A stretch of DNA of 64,000 bases, taken from NCBI GenBank assembly GCA_973895155.1, contig OZ316896.1:23766600-23830599 (forward strand). The letters run 5' to 3'. The notes beneath the pieces were generated by a model that ran no database searches, was not told where the DNA came from, and saw nothing but the letters and a program-made list of their open reading frames with translations. The position numbers were made by a program, and so were the translations under genes. This document shows, one piece after another, positions 13,092 to 25,045 of this stretch (positions are counted from its first letter, which is position 1; every line of letters starts with the position of its first letter). Origin of the DNA: Marsupella aquatica. Lineage: Eukaryota > Plantae > Marchantiophyta.

Positions 13092-16000
13092 TCACACTTG
13101 GTCCTCATCGGCCTCAAGGTCATCTAGGTCTGATACAATAACATTTGGCTTCTCAGAAACAATGGAACGAGAATGTGGCACATAGGTGATGACAATTGAC
13201 CACTCGGTGTCTAAGGGGTATGGAATGTAGAAACATTGCTCCAAGTGTGATGGGAAAGCAAATGGTTCTGATGTTTGCCAATGAGATGCTTGAACACTAG
13301 TGGCACTTGTCTTCAACCGTGTAAACCCACTCTCATCTTGAAGTACAGTGCAATTTTGACCAACAAACTTGGTTCACTTTGAACCACTTGCACTTGAAAA
13401 CATATTCCTCAAACTTTGAATGGTTGTCATATGATACCACCAAGATCTCCACTATCTTCCCATAGTATGGCACAACATCTCTAACAATGTTCCTGTCATG
13501 GCGGTTGCTTCTGGAGTCTTGAGAAAATTCCCCTTGAACTCCACAATCAAAAGTACGACCCCTCTTCTCATCAAGGGAAGAAACCCTAAAATTAACAAAA
13601 CCCACAAATTTTTATTGCACAAAAGATACCATTAATGTAATAATCATCAAAATATGACACCCATCCCTAAATAGCCAAAACCCACATGGCCTATGGCATA
13701 AATATAGAAGCCAACATTACAGTTATGGATGTCATTAATTATAATAGAAAGTTTTTAAACAATAGAAATAACTAATCAAAATAAGGTCTACATGAATTAA
13801 TAGAGGAAGAAAGGTTAGGTACTAGTGGACCTGAAGTGTCTCCCTTGTGTCCACATAGCCGTCTTGGATGTCACCACTCTCAAAGGGCCATGAACAATGG
13901 TCCGAACGTCATCTGTGATGGTAGGAAAGTGGGACACATCTCCTCCTTGTGTCACCATGTCATCCAACTCAAGCAACTTTTGCTGCATATACTCATGCAT
14001 CTTAGGAAAAATTCTTGCTCTTTGACTTGTTCTCTTGGCATTCTCATAAAACTCTCTCCATTTCTCCATGATATTACTATTACTCAACATAAATGTTGTC
14101 AATTGTGACCACTCTGTTGATGTCAACATGCATGTTTTTGTGGCACCTGTTAAACGGTCCTCCTCCTCTTCTCTTTCCTCCATCCAAGTACGTGGACAAG
14201 TAGGATCAATGGTGGCCAAGATGTTACTACAATAAAACATACTCTCTGCTGCCAAGTATCCTGTGGCTATGCTTCCCTCCACCCGTGCACGGTTACGTAC
14301 ATAAGCCTTCAACACCGCCATATAACGCTCAAGCCAATACATCCATCTACAATGCACTGGACCAGCAATGGCAACCTCCCGCACAAGATGCACAAGTAAA
14401 TAAACCTGACAATCAAAGAAGGAAGGAGGAAGGGCTTTCTCCAACTTGCATACCACCTCAGCTGCCAATACCTCCATCCCAGGGATCTCTTCTACATATA
14501 TCTCCTTTGAGCATATCCATCTCAACAAACGACCCAATGACCAGATGGCATCTTGCACTTCTTCACTCCCTATACCTATAATTGCCACTGGCAATATATG
14601 CTGCAATAGGCGATGATAGTCATGTGTCTTCAGATATCGTGGCCACTTGTGATTGTCCTCCATCCCAAAATCTTTCCGAAGGTTGGCACCATAGCCTGTA
14701 GGAAACCGCATCTCTCCTATACGGTTTCAAAATTCACGTCTTTGACCAACACTCAACACCCAAGGAGCAGAAGGACGATTCTCCACACCTGTGATAGGAT
14801 CAGTTGTCACCCAAACATCTGGATGCATTTCCATCTCCTCGCATGCCTCTCTAAAATTAGTGTCCTTCTCCCCATAAAAATGCTTTATCAAAGCCTTCCC
14901 CACATTTCCCTCTATGTGCATGGGGTCTAAGAGATGGCGGATCTTTAACTCAGACCAATAGGGCAAAGTGGCTAGTATACTCCACCTGGTCAAACCTGTC
15001 CTATCAAAGGTGAAGGAATCATTTGGGTCTGCCACCCTATCAGCTAGTGACTTCCAATGTGCAAAACTTGTTGCATCAGGAATTTCACGCTCATCACCAA
15101 ATGGCATGTCAAAGGAGGAGAATAGAAGTGGGTCAAACCTCATCTCATGCCCCATGGGAAGAAACTTTGTATGCCCAATATAAACAATCTTTCTAATCCA
15201 TGAACAATATGTGGCCATGTCCTCTAAGCTTGGGCCACAAGTAGAGCAAGCTTTGTACCCCTGAGTTTGCAATCCAGAGACAAAACCAAACCCTGCTTAC
15301 ACAAAAGAAATCAAACCATGCAAACTTTATGTTAGGGTTGTCACATGAGAAACAACAATAGGAACTACACATTATCAAAGGGTTGCAAATGGCATGGAAG
15401 TCATCTTACTAGGATAGTCATGCATTGTCCAACAAATGATCCCTCTCAATTGAAAGACACGTGGAAAACCTCCTGTAATTTTCCTGCCATCATATGCCCA
15501 CACTCCATCCCATAATTTTTGAAGTTCTCCAACCAATAGTGCCAAGTAAGTGTCAAAGTTCTTCACCTTTTTTGGACCTAGGATAATCAACGACAATAAA
15601 AGGAACCCCTTCTTCATGGATAGCCATGGTGGGAGGTTATAATTCATGACAACCACAGGCCAAACTGATGTAGGTTGCCCCTTTCCTCCAAGTGAATGAG
15701 GGCTAACTCCATCAGATGCCTATCCTAGCCTCACGTGGCGAGGATCATGTGCAAAGTCTGGCCATGTTGCCTCAATATGTTTGTGAGCAGGGGAGTCAAC
15801 TGGCAACCGCATGACACCAGACTCTGATCGATGAGTAAGTGCCATACCATCAACTCTGCCCTGGGCCCTTACTCCGTGTATATTAATGGAACCGGCCTGT
15901 GAACGTCCCTCCCCTCCAAACCCCTTCAGTACTATTTTTTGCCCTTTTAAAAAGCTCTTATTAGTATTAATAAATTCCTTTTGGGTCATTAAAAAAGCCC

Positions 16001-17673
16001 TTTAGGCTATTATAATCTTCATCAAAATGACATTAAATATGCTCTTCAGGTGTTATAAAAAAAATTATATCATTGAGATTCTAAGTCAAACAGATTGGAA
16101 TAAACATTTCACATTATCACAAGCAAAAATAGGAACAACATATTCTTTATGTACACACTTCCTCGCAAGAAGGTAGGAGTCAAGGCATTTAAGAGTCAAA
16201 CAAACTCATACAAGTATCCAAATTTAAGCTGTAAACATCCTACGCTGTCATCTATGAAAACCGTAAGTCCACATTGCACTTAAGTTTGTCCCATAGTTTG
16301 TTGAGCATATTCATCATCGTTTATAGGAAAGTTATCCTTTGAGTCTAAAGCATTGGAAAACTTATTACATTTAAACCAATTCTTTGATCACTAGAAATGA
16401 TAAATATACACCGAGGTACATAAGTGACTCTGGATTGAGACTCGATCTCTCTCTATCACTTGTGGCATCACAGAATCCCCATCTGACGCAACACGCATTG
16501 AACAACGGTGTCTACTTGACCTCCTCCTTCTTTGGGGGCCCTCAAGGCCATATATACCCCTACACCGTTTGATATAGAGCATCAAAGAGATCAACGGCAG
16601 ACCATTTTGGTCATCCATAAATGGTACACGAGACCCCCTAAAGGCAAAATTTCCCCTATCCCCCAAAAATTCAAATGTGTTTGCACACCCCAAACCAAGG
16701 ATGTAATGACACGTGGATGAATGAGTTATTGACGTGTGGCGGCCCTATATGCTTTACCCTTACATAAAACTACTTGAACCCTATTTTTTAGATCACCTTG
16801 GTTCATTATAACATGGAACCCAATAAAACAAAGGGTTGTTACATTATAAGCGATTATAACTATTATTCAAAAAAAGGATTTAAAAACCCCTTGAGTTGTT
16901 CGCACGGGTGGTCCCATATTAGTTAAGCTAAGGGCCCAGGGCAACTCTTCCAAGTCAGAACACCGATACATGTGCAACAACCAAGGAATGATGGGAAACC
17001 AACGAACAGCCTTCCTTGGCACCTTCTTTGTTAGCATGTTGGGGTCATAGCGAGGCTCATCACATGTTGTACATTGTGTCATGTTTGCATTGGCCCCATG
17101 AAATAACATGCAATCATTCACACATGCATGAAAAATATGATATTCCATGCCAATAGATGAGAGAACACTCTTTGCCTCCTTCCAAGTTGCTGGCAACACA
17201 TTCTCAGTGGGTAACATAAGGTCATGGCAAAGTGCAAACATATCAGATAACAAGGCATTGCTTGCCTTGTGTTTGGCCTGTAGGTTCATCAACCCCAAGA
17301 TGGCTGAAAGACGACTCAAACAAGCACCCTCATAGATAGGTGTTCGGGCATGTTCCTCTGCTTCTTCCCATTGGCGTTGTCCCTCAGGGGTATGTCTTGG
17401 GCGTGGATCATTGGGGGGCACCTGTCCTTCATTGGGAAGGTCATCACCAGGGTTGTCGGCACCAAACCAATCAATCATAAAGTCATCCATGGCTCTATCC
17501 TGGTCATCAGTTACTTGTTCATCCGTCCGAGGTACCTCTTCATCAGGGTTACTGCTTCCACTAGCACTTGATGAGGAGTGTGACTCTGATCCATGTCCTT
17601 CTTCTGGCATACCCATTTCTTGATATGTTGCTCTCAATCTCCGTGATAACATATTTGGAGAGGGTCGCACATT
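13092..17673 (-). pseudogene. CACTA TnpD/Tnp2-type transposase (Transposase_21, DUF4218, DUF4216-like regions), multi-exon, disrupted
   Basis: HACVNDCMLF...CTTCDEPRY, RWFPIIP, ASDG, YNLPPW, TMHDYP, GYKAC, LDPMHIEGNV, LKTHDYHRLLQ, PPSFFD, RWMYWLERYM, RARVEGSI, YYGKI, FKCKWF, EPFAFPS. Introns ~15293-15409 and ~13587-13829. Stop near 15720, frameshifts, and a nested insertion. Confidence 0.9.
15858..16942. mobile_element. Non-autonomous TIR element (~1.09 kb) nested in the CACTA transposase
   Basis: Perfect 14-bp TIR GCCCTGGGCCCTTA / TAAGGGCCCAGGGC with AACTCT directly repeated on both flanks. Removing it rejoins ...SDLEEL|MVWH. Confidence 0.88.
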
Positions 17674-17849
17674 CTAAAAACAAAGCAAACAATTGAAAGT
17701 TATATTGCAAAGAGAACACACACAAAAATGGGCTAGGGGTGTGCAAAAATGAAATAATATTGGTTGTGGTGAAAATACAAAACATGGCCAAAGGCCATAT
17801 GTAGTGTCATTTTATATGCAACATACCACCTACGACCCTTAACTTAACC

Positions 17850-18664
17850 CTAATCCCACTCATAGTGAGTAAATAACTCATCCCCTGAGTTAATGGTCCT
17901 TGTCGCTATAACTAGGCAATGGTCATGATGATATGTCTGGCCATAAGGTGCTGGCGGAGGACCCTCAATGAAAACCCACTCACAATTTTGCCTACGCTTA
18001 GGGCGAGTCCCCACGGTACTGTTTATGAAACCAGCAATATTCCCAGTCCGTATGGGGTCCCCATCTATGACACGTTGCTCACTATACCTTCTAGTGTTTC
18101 CATCAAAAGTATCCATGTCCAATGCATAAGTCTTCCACTCAGGGTGTTGTGCAAGGATCATGTTCCAATGTCTTCTCTTGTAGATGGGTCCACCATAAGG
18201 AAACAAAGTAGGCCCCTCTCGGCCGCGTCCACCTCTACCACTCTCGGCGTCCACAATGATGTCCTCACAGCAAAAACTCCATAGCCATGTCTATCCCCAA
18301 GTGTGGAAGGGTTGATAACCCAACGTCTACCCCAAACCTCTACCTCCTCACCATAGGAAAGTTGTTGTGGCAAACCAAGAATCTCAGGATCCCAGTCCTT
18401 GATGATAGGGACACATCTGCCAGTGAACTCGCAATCACCCCACCTACTCGTAACCACTGCCTTGTACAAATCAGTATCCCCTCGGGCCCGCCTCTTGGAA
18501 CGCTTTCTCCCTCTTGGGACAATAGCCTCAACCCCAACTTCCCTAGGACTGGTGGGCCTTGCCGCTAGACCCAAGGCTTGTGAGAATGCATTGCCTATAG
18601 CATCTAGAACACCTTGTGATGGGACATAGGGTGCTTGTGCCGCAGGTCTAGGCCTATTGGATAC
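17850..18664 (-). CDS. SET-domain (lysine-methyltransferase-like) exon inside the CACTA element; one 1-nt frameshift near 18268
   Basis: Corrected reading: NPSTLGDRHGYGVFA/CEDII...LFPYGGPIY...IDGDPIRTGNIAGFINS...NCEWV...CLVIATRTINSGDELFTHYEWD*. This gives the SET motifs GxGVFA, YxG, (R)FIN(H) and ELxxxY in order. AG acceptor at 18666-18665. Confidence 0.8.
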
Positions 18665-18767
18665 CTATTCCACCGAAACCAAAACAAACAAAAGTAGGTG
18701 TGAAATTAAAAACCTTCAACCATTGAGTAATGGGAATAGGGTAGGAAAACTAAGGCATAACACTTAC

Positions 18768-19001
18768 CATATGAGATGAAGAAGCCCCTGCCGTATGACG
18801 TCCACAACGCCCATATCTCTCAATATGTTGGGCACATATGTAAGATTTTTGGGAAACTTGACCCACACATCTGGAACATTCACAAAGTTGACGGGGTGGA
18901 CCACGAGGAGGAGGTGCGGTCGTGTGATGTTGAGGTGGAGGTGGTGTATCTTCATCAGAGGAGGACGAGTCTGTGGTGGAGATTTCAGAAGATGAAGACA
19001 T
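18768..19001 (-). CDS. First coding exon of the CACTA transposase locus (Transpos_assoc-like Cys/His motif)
   Basis: ATG at 19001; LCECSRC...ICAQHIERYG resembles the N-terminal C-x-C-x2-C...H motif of CACTA transposases; ends at a phase-0 GTAAGT donor (18767). Confidence 0.75.
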
Positions 19002-20305
19002 ATCCCCTGTAACAACATATAATTAAAATGGGCATGTTATGACCAAAACATACCACAAAATGATATAAATCAAAGTTCCCAAATAATGATGATAAGAAAC
19101 CCAAACCAAAATGACCATAGCAATAAAAAAGGTACCTTTATGAGACCCGGGCTCAGCAGTGCCAACAGGTCTTGTGGCTCTAAGATAATTAATGAACCCA
19201 ATCTGAAAATATGAGGGAAAAGCTGCAAGCATTCCATGTATATGTAAGCACAATAATCTGGACCAGACATAAACAAAAAACCCTATATACATGTCCCCTT
19301 TATACATAGTGGCAACCAAAAGTGTTAAGTACATGAAAGGAACACTTGAGCCAGTCATGCAATGTTTACCTTTCAGATGCCCGGGCTCTCACAATGCATA
19401 TGCACTAGTATCAAATCATCAAAAAGTGCCGCACCCTGCAAACTATCATATATTCCCCTCCTTTGTTAGCAAAACCCATGCCAATCCCTTTTTGATTCAT
19501 AAACCCAATGAACCTCTCTTAAACCCAAAAGGCTGCAATATAAATCTCATGAAACCTTGCTTTGTCTTATCCAAACCTTCAACCCCAAACCGCATCCTAC
19601 CTATTAAACCTAAATCTGACTTACACATAAAACCAAACCTTTCTTCAACCCTAGAGACCTTTCTATTTAAAAACCCCAAACCCTAAAACCCTAAACCCAA
19701 ACCTTACTTATTTCTTGTAAACCAAATCCCACACCTTTATTATTTTTTCTAAACTAATGTAAACCCAAACCTTAGCCTAAACCAACACCATACATAACCC
19801 ATTAACCTGAAATCTGCCTAACCCTTCAAACCCGCCTTCAAGTATTATCTAACACCCAAAACATGGCCAAAAAGCATTCCAAGTATGAGTATAGAGGGGT
19901 CCACTTTACCTTTGAAAAAAACCCTTTCAAATGAAACCAACATTCCCCCCAAGACGAGTTGCCAATGTCTTGCGAAGCCACTTCCTTCGCAAATACCATC
20001 ACAAATTAGAATTGAGTTTTGCAAAGCGTATGCTTTCGCACGACCTTCAGAAAAACAGAGCCCGAGAGCATTTCTACGAGAGAGCGAAGGTGTTGCGAAA
20101 CCTTTCACGTTGCAATGGTTTCGCAAAATTGAGAAACTACATGCAAAACGAGAAGGATTGCAAATTGCGAAACGGGTTGCTTCGCAAGTCTTTCCCGCTT
20201 GTACTTTAGCACTCGGCCGCGGCGTACTCAACGGCATTTGACAAATTTCAAGCGTAGGGAGGGAGAAGGGAGCTTGCACGCGCTTGGGGGGGGGGTGGCT
20301 TAGCT

Positions 20306-22270
20306 ATGGATTCCAGTGGAGCAAATGGAGGTGATGGGGCAGGGGTGAGTGACAGTGGCAATGGGAATGAAGGCAATGGGGAGCAGGAGAGGAATCGATG
20401 GACCGATTTGATGGCTGAGCACCTCAATGCAGCACAGTTGAGCCGCTTAGATTTGACTACACCAGCAGGGATTGCTTCTTTGAGTGCAATCCTAGGGCAA
20501 GCCTTGCAAACGGGAGTAGCTGCAGGGAACATTGCAAGGGAGGAGGAGCAAAGGAGTGCAGCTCAACAGAAGGCAAGAGAGAAGAAGCATAAGAAGGAGG
20601 AGAGGGCCAAGGCAAGAGTGGTCTCACCTGCTGCCCTGGAAAAGAAGAGGAGGAGAGAGGAACGAGATGAGATAAGAGCACAGCGGGAGGAGCAGCGAAA
20701 GAAGGAGGAAGAGAGGAAGAAGCTGCCTATGATTGCCTTGATCGAAGGCATTCCTACTGAACTGGCCTACACCGGGGCAAAGAGCACTATTAGGCTTATG
20801 GTGCGCTCCAATTTTGCACGAGGAGTTGAGTGGGGGAAACTCAGCAAGGCAGACCAGAGGAAAGTAATGAGTCAAATCAAAGATTCATTTCAAAATGGAG
20901 CAGAGATTGATGAATAGTGGCTTGCAGATAGAATTTCCAATTCAATGTCTCAAGCACGGTACCATGATAGGAAGAAGGTAAGGGCCTACCTGGCAAACTT
21001 GGAGGAGTACAGAAACGTGAGGAGGCCATTGCAATTCACTGAGGACGTGTGGAATGCCTTTTACAAAGTGGAGGTGCAGATGAGAGCTGCCAGAAACCTT
21101 CTCTTCTGGAAGGAGATGGAAGCCAAGGCACAGAAGGCCGGGAAGTCCGACCGAGAGCTCAAGGCAATGGCTGAGAAGGTGTCTCACATGCAGCACATTG
21201 TGGATGAAGTGGGGGCACCACCCCAAAAATTCATCCTTGCAGTTGAGCGAGTCAGCAAACGGCCCAAGACCACGCACAAGATGGGCCAAGGTGGACTTCC
21301 CGGCCAAGGTGCACACTTTGTGAGTGGGCCCTCTCCTCCCCTGCTTCTGTTTCCTTGCTTTCAATTGCTATCCAAACCTGCAATGCCCCCCTGCATACCT
21401 CTTCTTTCTTTCTTACGGCCTGCCTTGTACTTTAGGTCACCCTGACACATTGCGTGCCTTAGAGATTTCTCGGAATTTTTTAAAAACAGAGTTTGCGAAG
21501 CTTTTGCGATGCGGGTTGCTTTGCAAATGTTTCACAAAGTCTATTATGGCATTTTTTAAAGTTATAGATGCGAAGCTATTGCGAACTAACCCGCTTCGCA
21601 AACTACTTCGCAAACAGCCAATTTATTTGAATTTGCAAAGCGGGGAGTTTCGCAAGTGTGTATTATGTTTAAAAAATACCGCTAAGGGTTATTGAGCCCA
21701 GTTTTGTGTTAGGGAGCACCCTATTAGCACCTCCATGCATTTTTCTTGGGTTTATGGCATATTAACCCCAATCTATTTTGGTTTTGGAATGTTTGGTTGT
21801 GGTAGTATAAGAGGTACCGCAGGAAGATAACAGCAAAAGAGATGGAGATAGGAGCTGCGCATGGAGCCAAACATCTCTTTGACTTGGTTGACGCAGAGTT
21901 GGCGACTGTAAGTGCATGTATCCCCTTCACTTTTTCCCACCCAATCCACTTATCTTTTCATTCCGTAAACCTAAACCAATTTGGCGTTGTGCTGTGCAAA
22001 CAGGATGATGAGGATGCCAGTGATACCAACAGCACCGATGAGAACAATGAGGGGACCACGACAAAGGGGCCCAAGGTAGGAGGGAGTAGTGGATCTGGAC
22101 CAGTAGGAGGAGTTTCCCAGCAGGAGGGGGAGGAAGAGGAGGACGAGGAGGACGAGGAGGAACCAGATGTGGAGGAGCAGCCAGCACCACCTCCTGTGCC
22201 ACGTCCGGATCGTCGCAAGAGGGACAAGGGGAAGAGGCCGGCGACAAGGAGTAGGAGGACCCCATTCTAG
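20306..22270 (+). pseudogene. CACTA TnpA/Ptta-like accessory gene, 3 predicted exons (20306-21319, 21806-21907, 22004-22270), one in-frame stop
   Basis: Divergent from the transposase. Coiled-coil, W..LS...Q helix, HKMGQGG followed after splicing by F|YKRYRRKITAKE (Ptta-like), acidic tail with basic NLS-like end. GT/AG sites at 21320, 21805, 21908, 22003. TAG at 20915 interrupts an otherwise continuous frame. Confidence 0.65.
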
Positions 22271-23097
22271 AGCTTGGTGGTGTAGTGCCCATGGGATGCC
22301 CATTTACTTAGTGTAGTATATAGTTTTGATATGGGTAGTCTTATAGGGACCTAGCTTGTCACATGACACCCATCTAGGGTTTAGGGTTTAGGAAACCCTA
22401 ATTTCTGTGTACCTATCAATTTTCTATAAAGCAATTTTGATTCAGACCTCATTCTCCGTGTTGGACAACAAGACCCCAACCATAATTCAAAACTCTAAAT
22501 CTAAACCCTAGCCTCAAGACAGCTTGCGAAACCTATGCGAACAACCCAAATCGCATATTTACCATACTGAAGGTATCGCAAACATTATGCGAACCACATA
22601 AGTTCACACAAATGCGAAGCGAATTTCATGGCATAACTACGGTCATTCATTGAATATCGCAAACATATTACCAAACTCGTGGAATCGCAAATATTGAACT
22701 GGTCGATTATTATCGCAAGCCTATCGCGACGCCCACGGAGTAGCTTAAATGTGAGTCCTTTGCGATTCTATTCGTGTCGCAAGTTGCGAAGGTCTTGCGA
22801 AGGTCTTGCAAAAGACCGGGTGCGAACCTTTGGGCTTCGCAGTTTGCGATTCTATTGCGATGCGCGATACTTCGCAAAGGCGAGTTTTGTTTTTCGATTT
22901 CCTTTGTTGTTTGCGATGCTTTCAAGTTCGCTAGCTAAAGGTGTAGGTAGTGTTGTAGTGCACCCGACTGCCTCGTGGGCCGCCCGTGTTTGAAATTATT
23001 ATTTTACATATGAGACACCCAATTGGAGAAAGTTAGTGACTGATACAAATAGTAAAATAAAATCTAAATCACTAATAAAAATCCACAAAAACAAACT

Positions 23098-23506
23098 AAA
23101 GCCCAGATGGACCCTCCACTTGGTCTATGAAGCCCAGATGGACTTGGCAAAGCTTGGATGGACTTGCTCAAAACATTTAAATTGACTCAGATAACACTGT
23201 TTACACTTTTGACTGGAATGTGGCCTTTAATTGGTCCCCTTATTGTTTGCAGCCGGTTTCAATTACATTACCAAACCGGTTTCCTCAGTAACTTGACGAT
23301 TTGACGACCTTGAACCTGAAAGACATCAAGATGTCATGTCATTACTCAGGATTACCATGACATCTTAACTACTTTCTCCCCAAGGTAGTCAAAGTTGTCA
23401 AGTGCAATCGGCGACCGGTTCCTTTTTCTTTTCGGTGTAGAAGCAACAATCATTTTATGCAGTCCATGGGGATGACACGGACAATGTCTTGGTCCATCTG
23501 GGCTTT
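23098..23506. repeat. MITE-like element with 16-bp inverted repeats
   Basis: AAAGCCCAGATGGACC (23098-23113) and its perfect reverse complement (23491-23506); further partial copy at 23130. No clear TSD. Confidence 0.55.
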
Positions 23507-23559
23507 TGTTTCAAGAAAAAAAGGTCTGAAATAATTTAAAATAAAATGGGAGCAAACAT

Positions 23560-23910
23560 CCAGGAACATCTTTTTGACAAACAGTGCAACATCATCTTTT
23601 CCACAAACAACATCTTTTATTGTAACATCAATCTTTGAGCAACAACATATTCTCTACAAACACCATCTTTTTGCCCACCCTCAATTTTTTATACAACCGA
23701 CATTGCTTACTCATTGACATCTTGTGCACGACAAGTTCTTCTCCACAAACATCTTTTGCACATGTCTTTTTACACAGCTTACTCATTGACATCTTGTGCA
23801 CGACAAGTTCTTCTCCACAAACATCTTTTGCACATGTCTTTTTACACAGCGACATCATTCTGCACAACATGTTTCCCACAAACAACTCTTTTGTGCAATG
23901 ACATCTTGTT
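23560..23910. repeat. Degenerate CAACATCTT-type repeat array including a 72-bp tandem duplication
   Basis: Recurrent acatcttt motif; 23705-23776 repeated at 23777-23848. Confidence 0.8.
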
Positions 23911-25045
23911 TGTAATGCACGGGTGTTTTGAACTAGTCCATTTAGAAAGCCTCTATGAGGGTGTCTGGTCCCCAAAATGTCCTGGGTAGATGTGGGTGGA
24001 ATCTCCAGGCTGATAGTCTAATGCCAGTCACATTTTCAGCCCAATGGTGTTTCACTGGGGTCACCAACTGTATAAAGTCTGGGGACAGCCTCGTGTTGGC
24101 ACTATCACCTCATGATGGGAAATAATTACTGAGTGTTAAAGGGAACAGGTAGAGAGTGTTTGTAAGTAGGTTGCGAGAAATCTGTTGCATTGAATTCTTT
24201 CCTCAAACAAAAATGCCAAGCGAGTACGATGATTTGCTCCTTGTGCATCTGAGATTTACGAACCTCAGAGCAGCTAGATATAAACCCTTCGAAGAAAGTT
24301 TCAATTATTTCCCTAAAGAGCTGCTGTTACTCGAGCCTCTAGAGTCGATCATATGCAAGTTTACCAAAGCCGCAGTCTTGGCCAACCCCAAAAAAGTCCA
24401 GTGTAGATGTACACAAAACCCCAGTCATTCATCCCTTCAGAATGGCCAACAGTAAACGTATCCACACCTTGCAGTTGTACCGTGCATGATCATCAGGCTG
24501 ATCAAAACTGCGAAGGGATGATCGGAATGCGAGAAGACAAGGAAACATGTCAGATACACTGTAGGAGGTTGAACTTGATACAAATGATGGAATTCACGTG
24601 AGGAAGCTTGAGCTCTATTGGGTCTCCCCTTTATGGACGCAGACGTGGCAGTCAATCAGTACATATAGGAATGACATGCCGAATGCCTCTGCCGTCAAAA
24701 GACACAAATTCCTTAGGAGCACTCATAACAATTGCAAAACTGAATGGATATAAATGAATCATTAGATACCTCAACACATGGAAGAAAATCATCATAAAGG
24801 CCCCCTTTAGACCTGAATGGGCTCTACCTGCAATTATTCGTGCGGTAGATGTGATTTCAAGGGGTTACGTTAAGAGTGGTAAAGCCCACAATACTCCTGA
24901 AGGAGTGGACTGTTCTTGAACGATAAGGTACCTAACTTGTGCTAGAACCACGTTACATGGGAATTCAAGGAACCCAATACCAAATAGAACATCTACTCCT
25001 AATGGAAAGTCACGGAGAGCCCAGCCAGATAGTAGCTCTGCTCCT

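Larger units (their letters stand above)
12134..22960. mobile_element. Full-length CACTA (En/Spm) DNA transposon, ~10.8 kb
   Basis: Termini CACTACAGCA...TGTTGTAGTG; 3-bp TSD CAC at 12131-12133 and 22961-22963; subterminal TTGCGA/TCGCAA repeats; internal transposase and TnpA-like genes. Confidence 0.93.
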
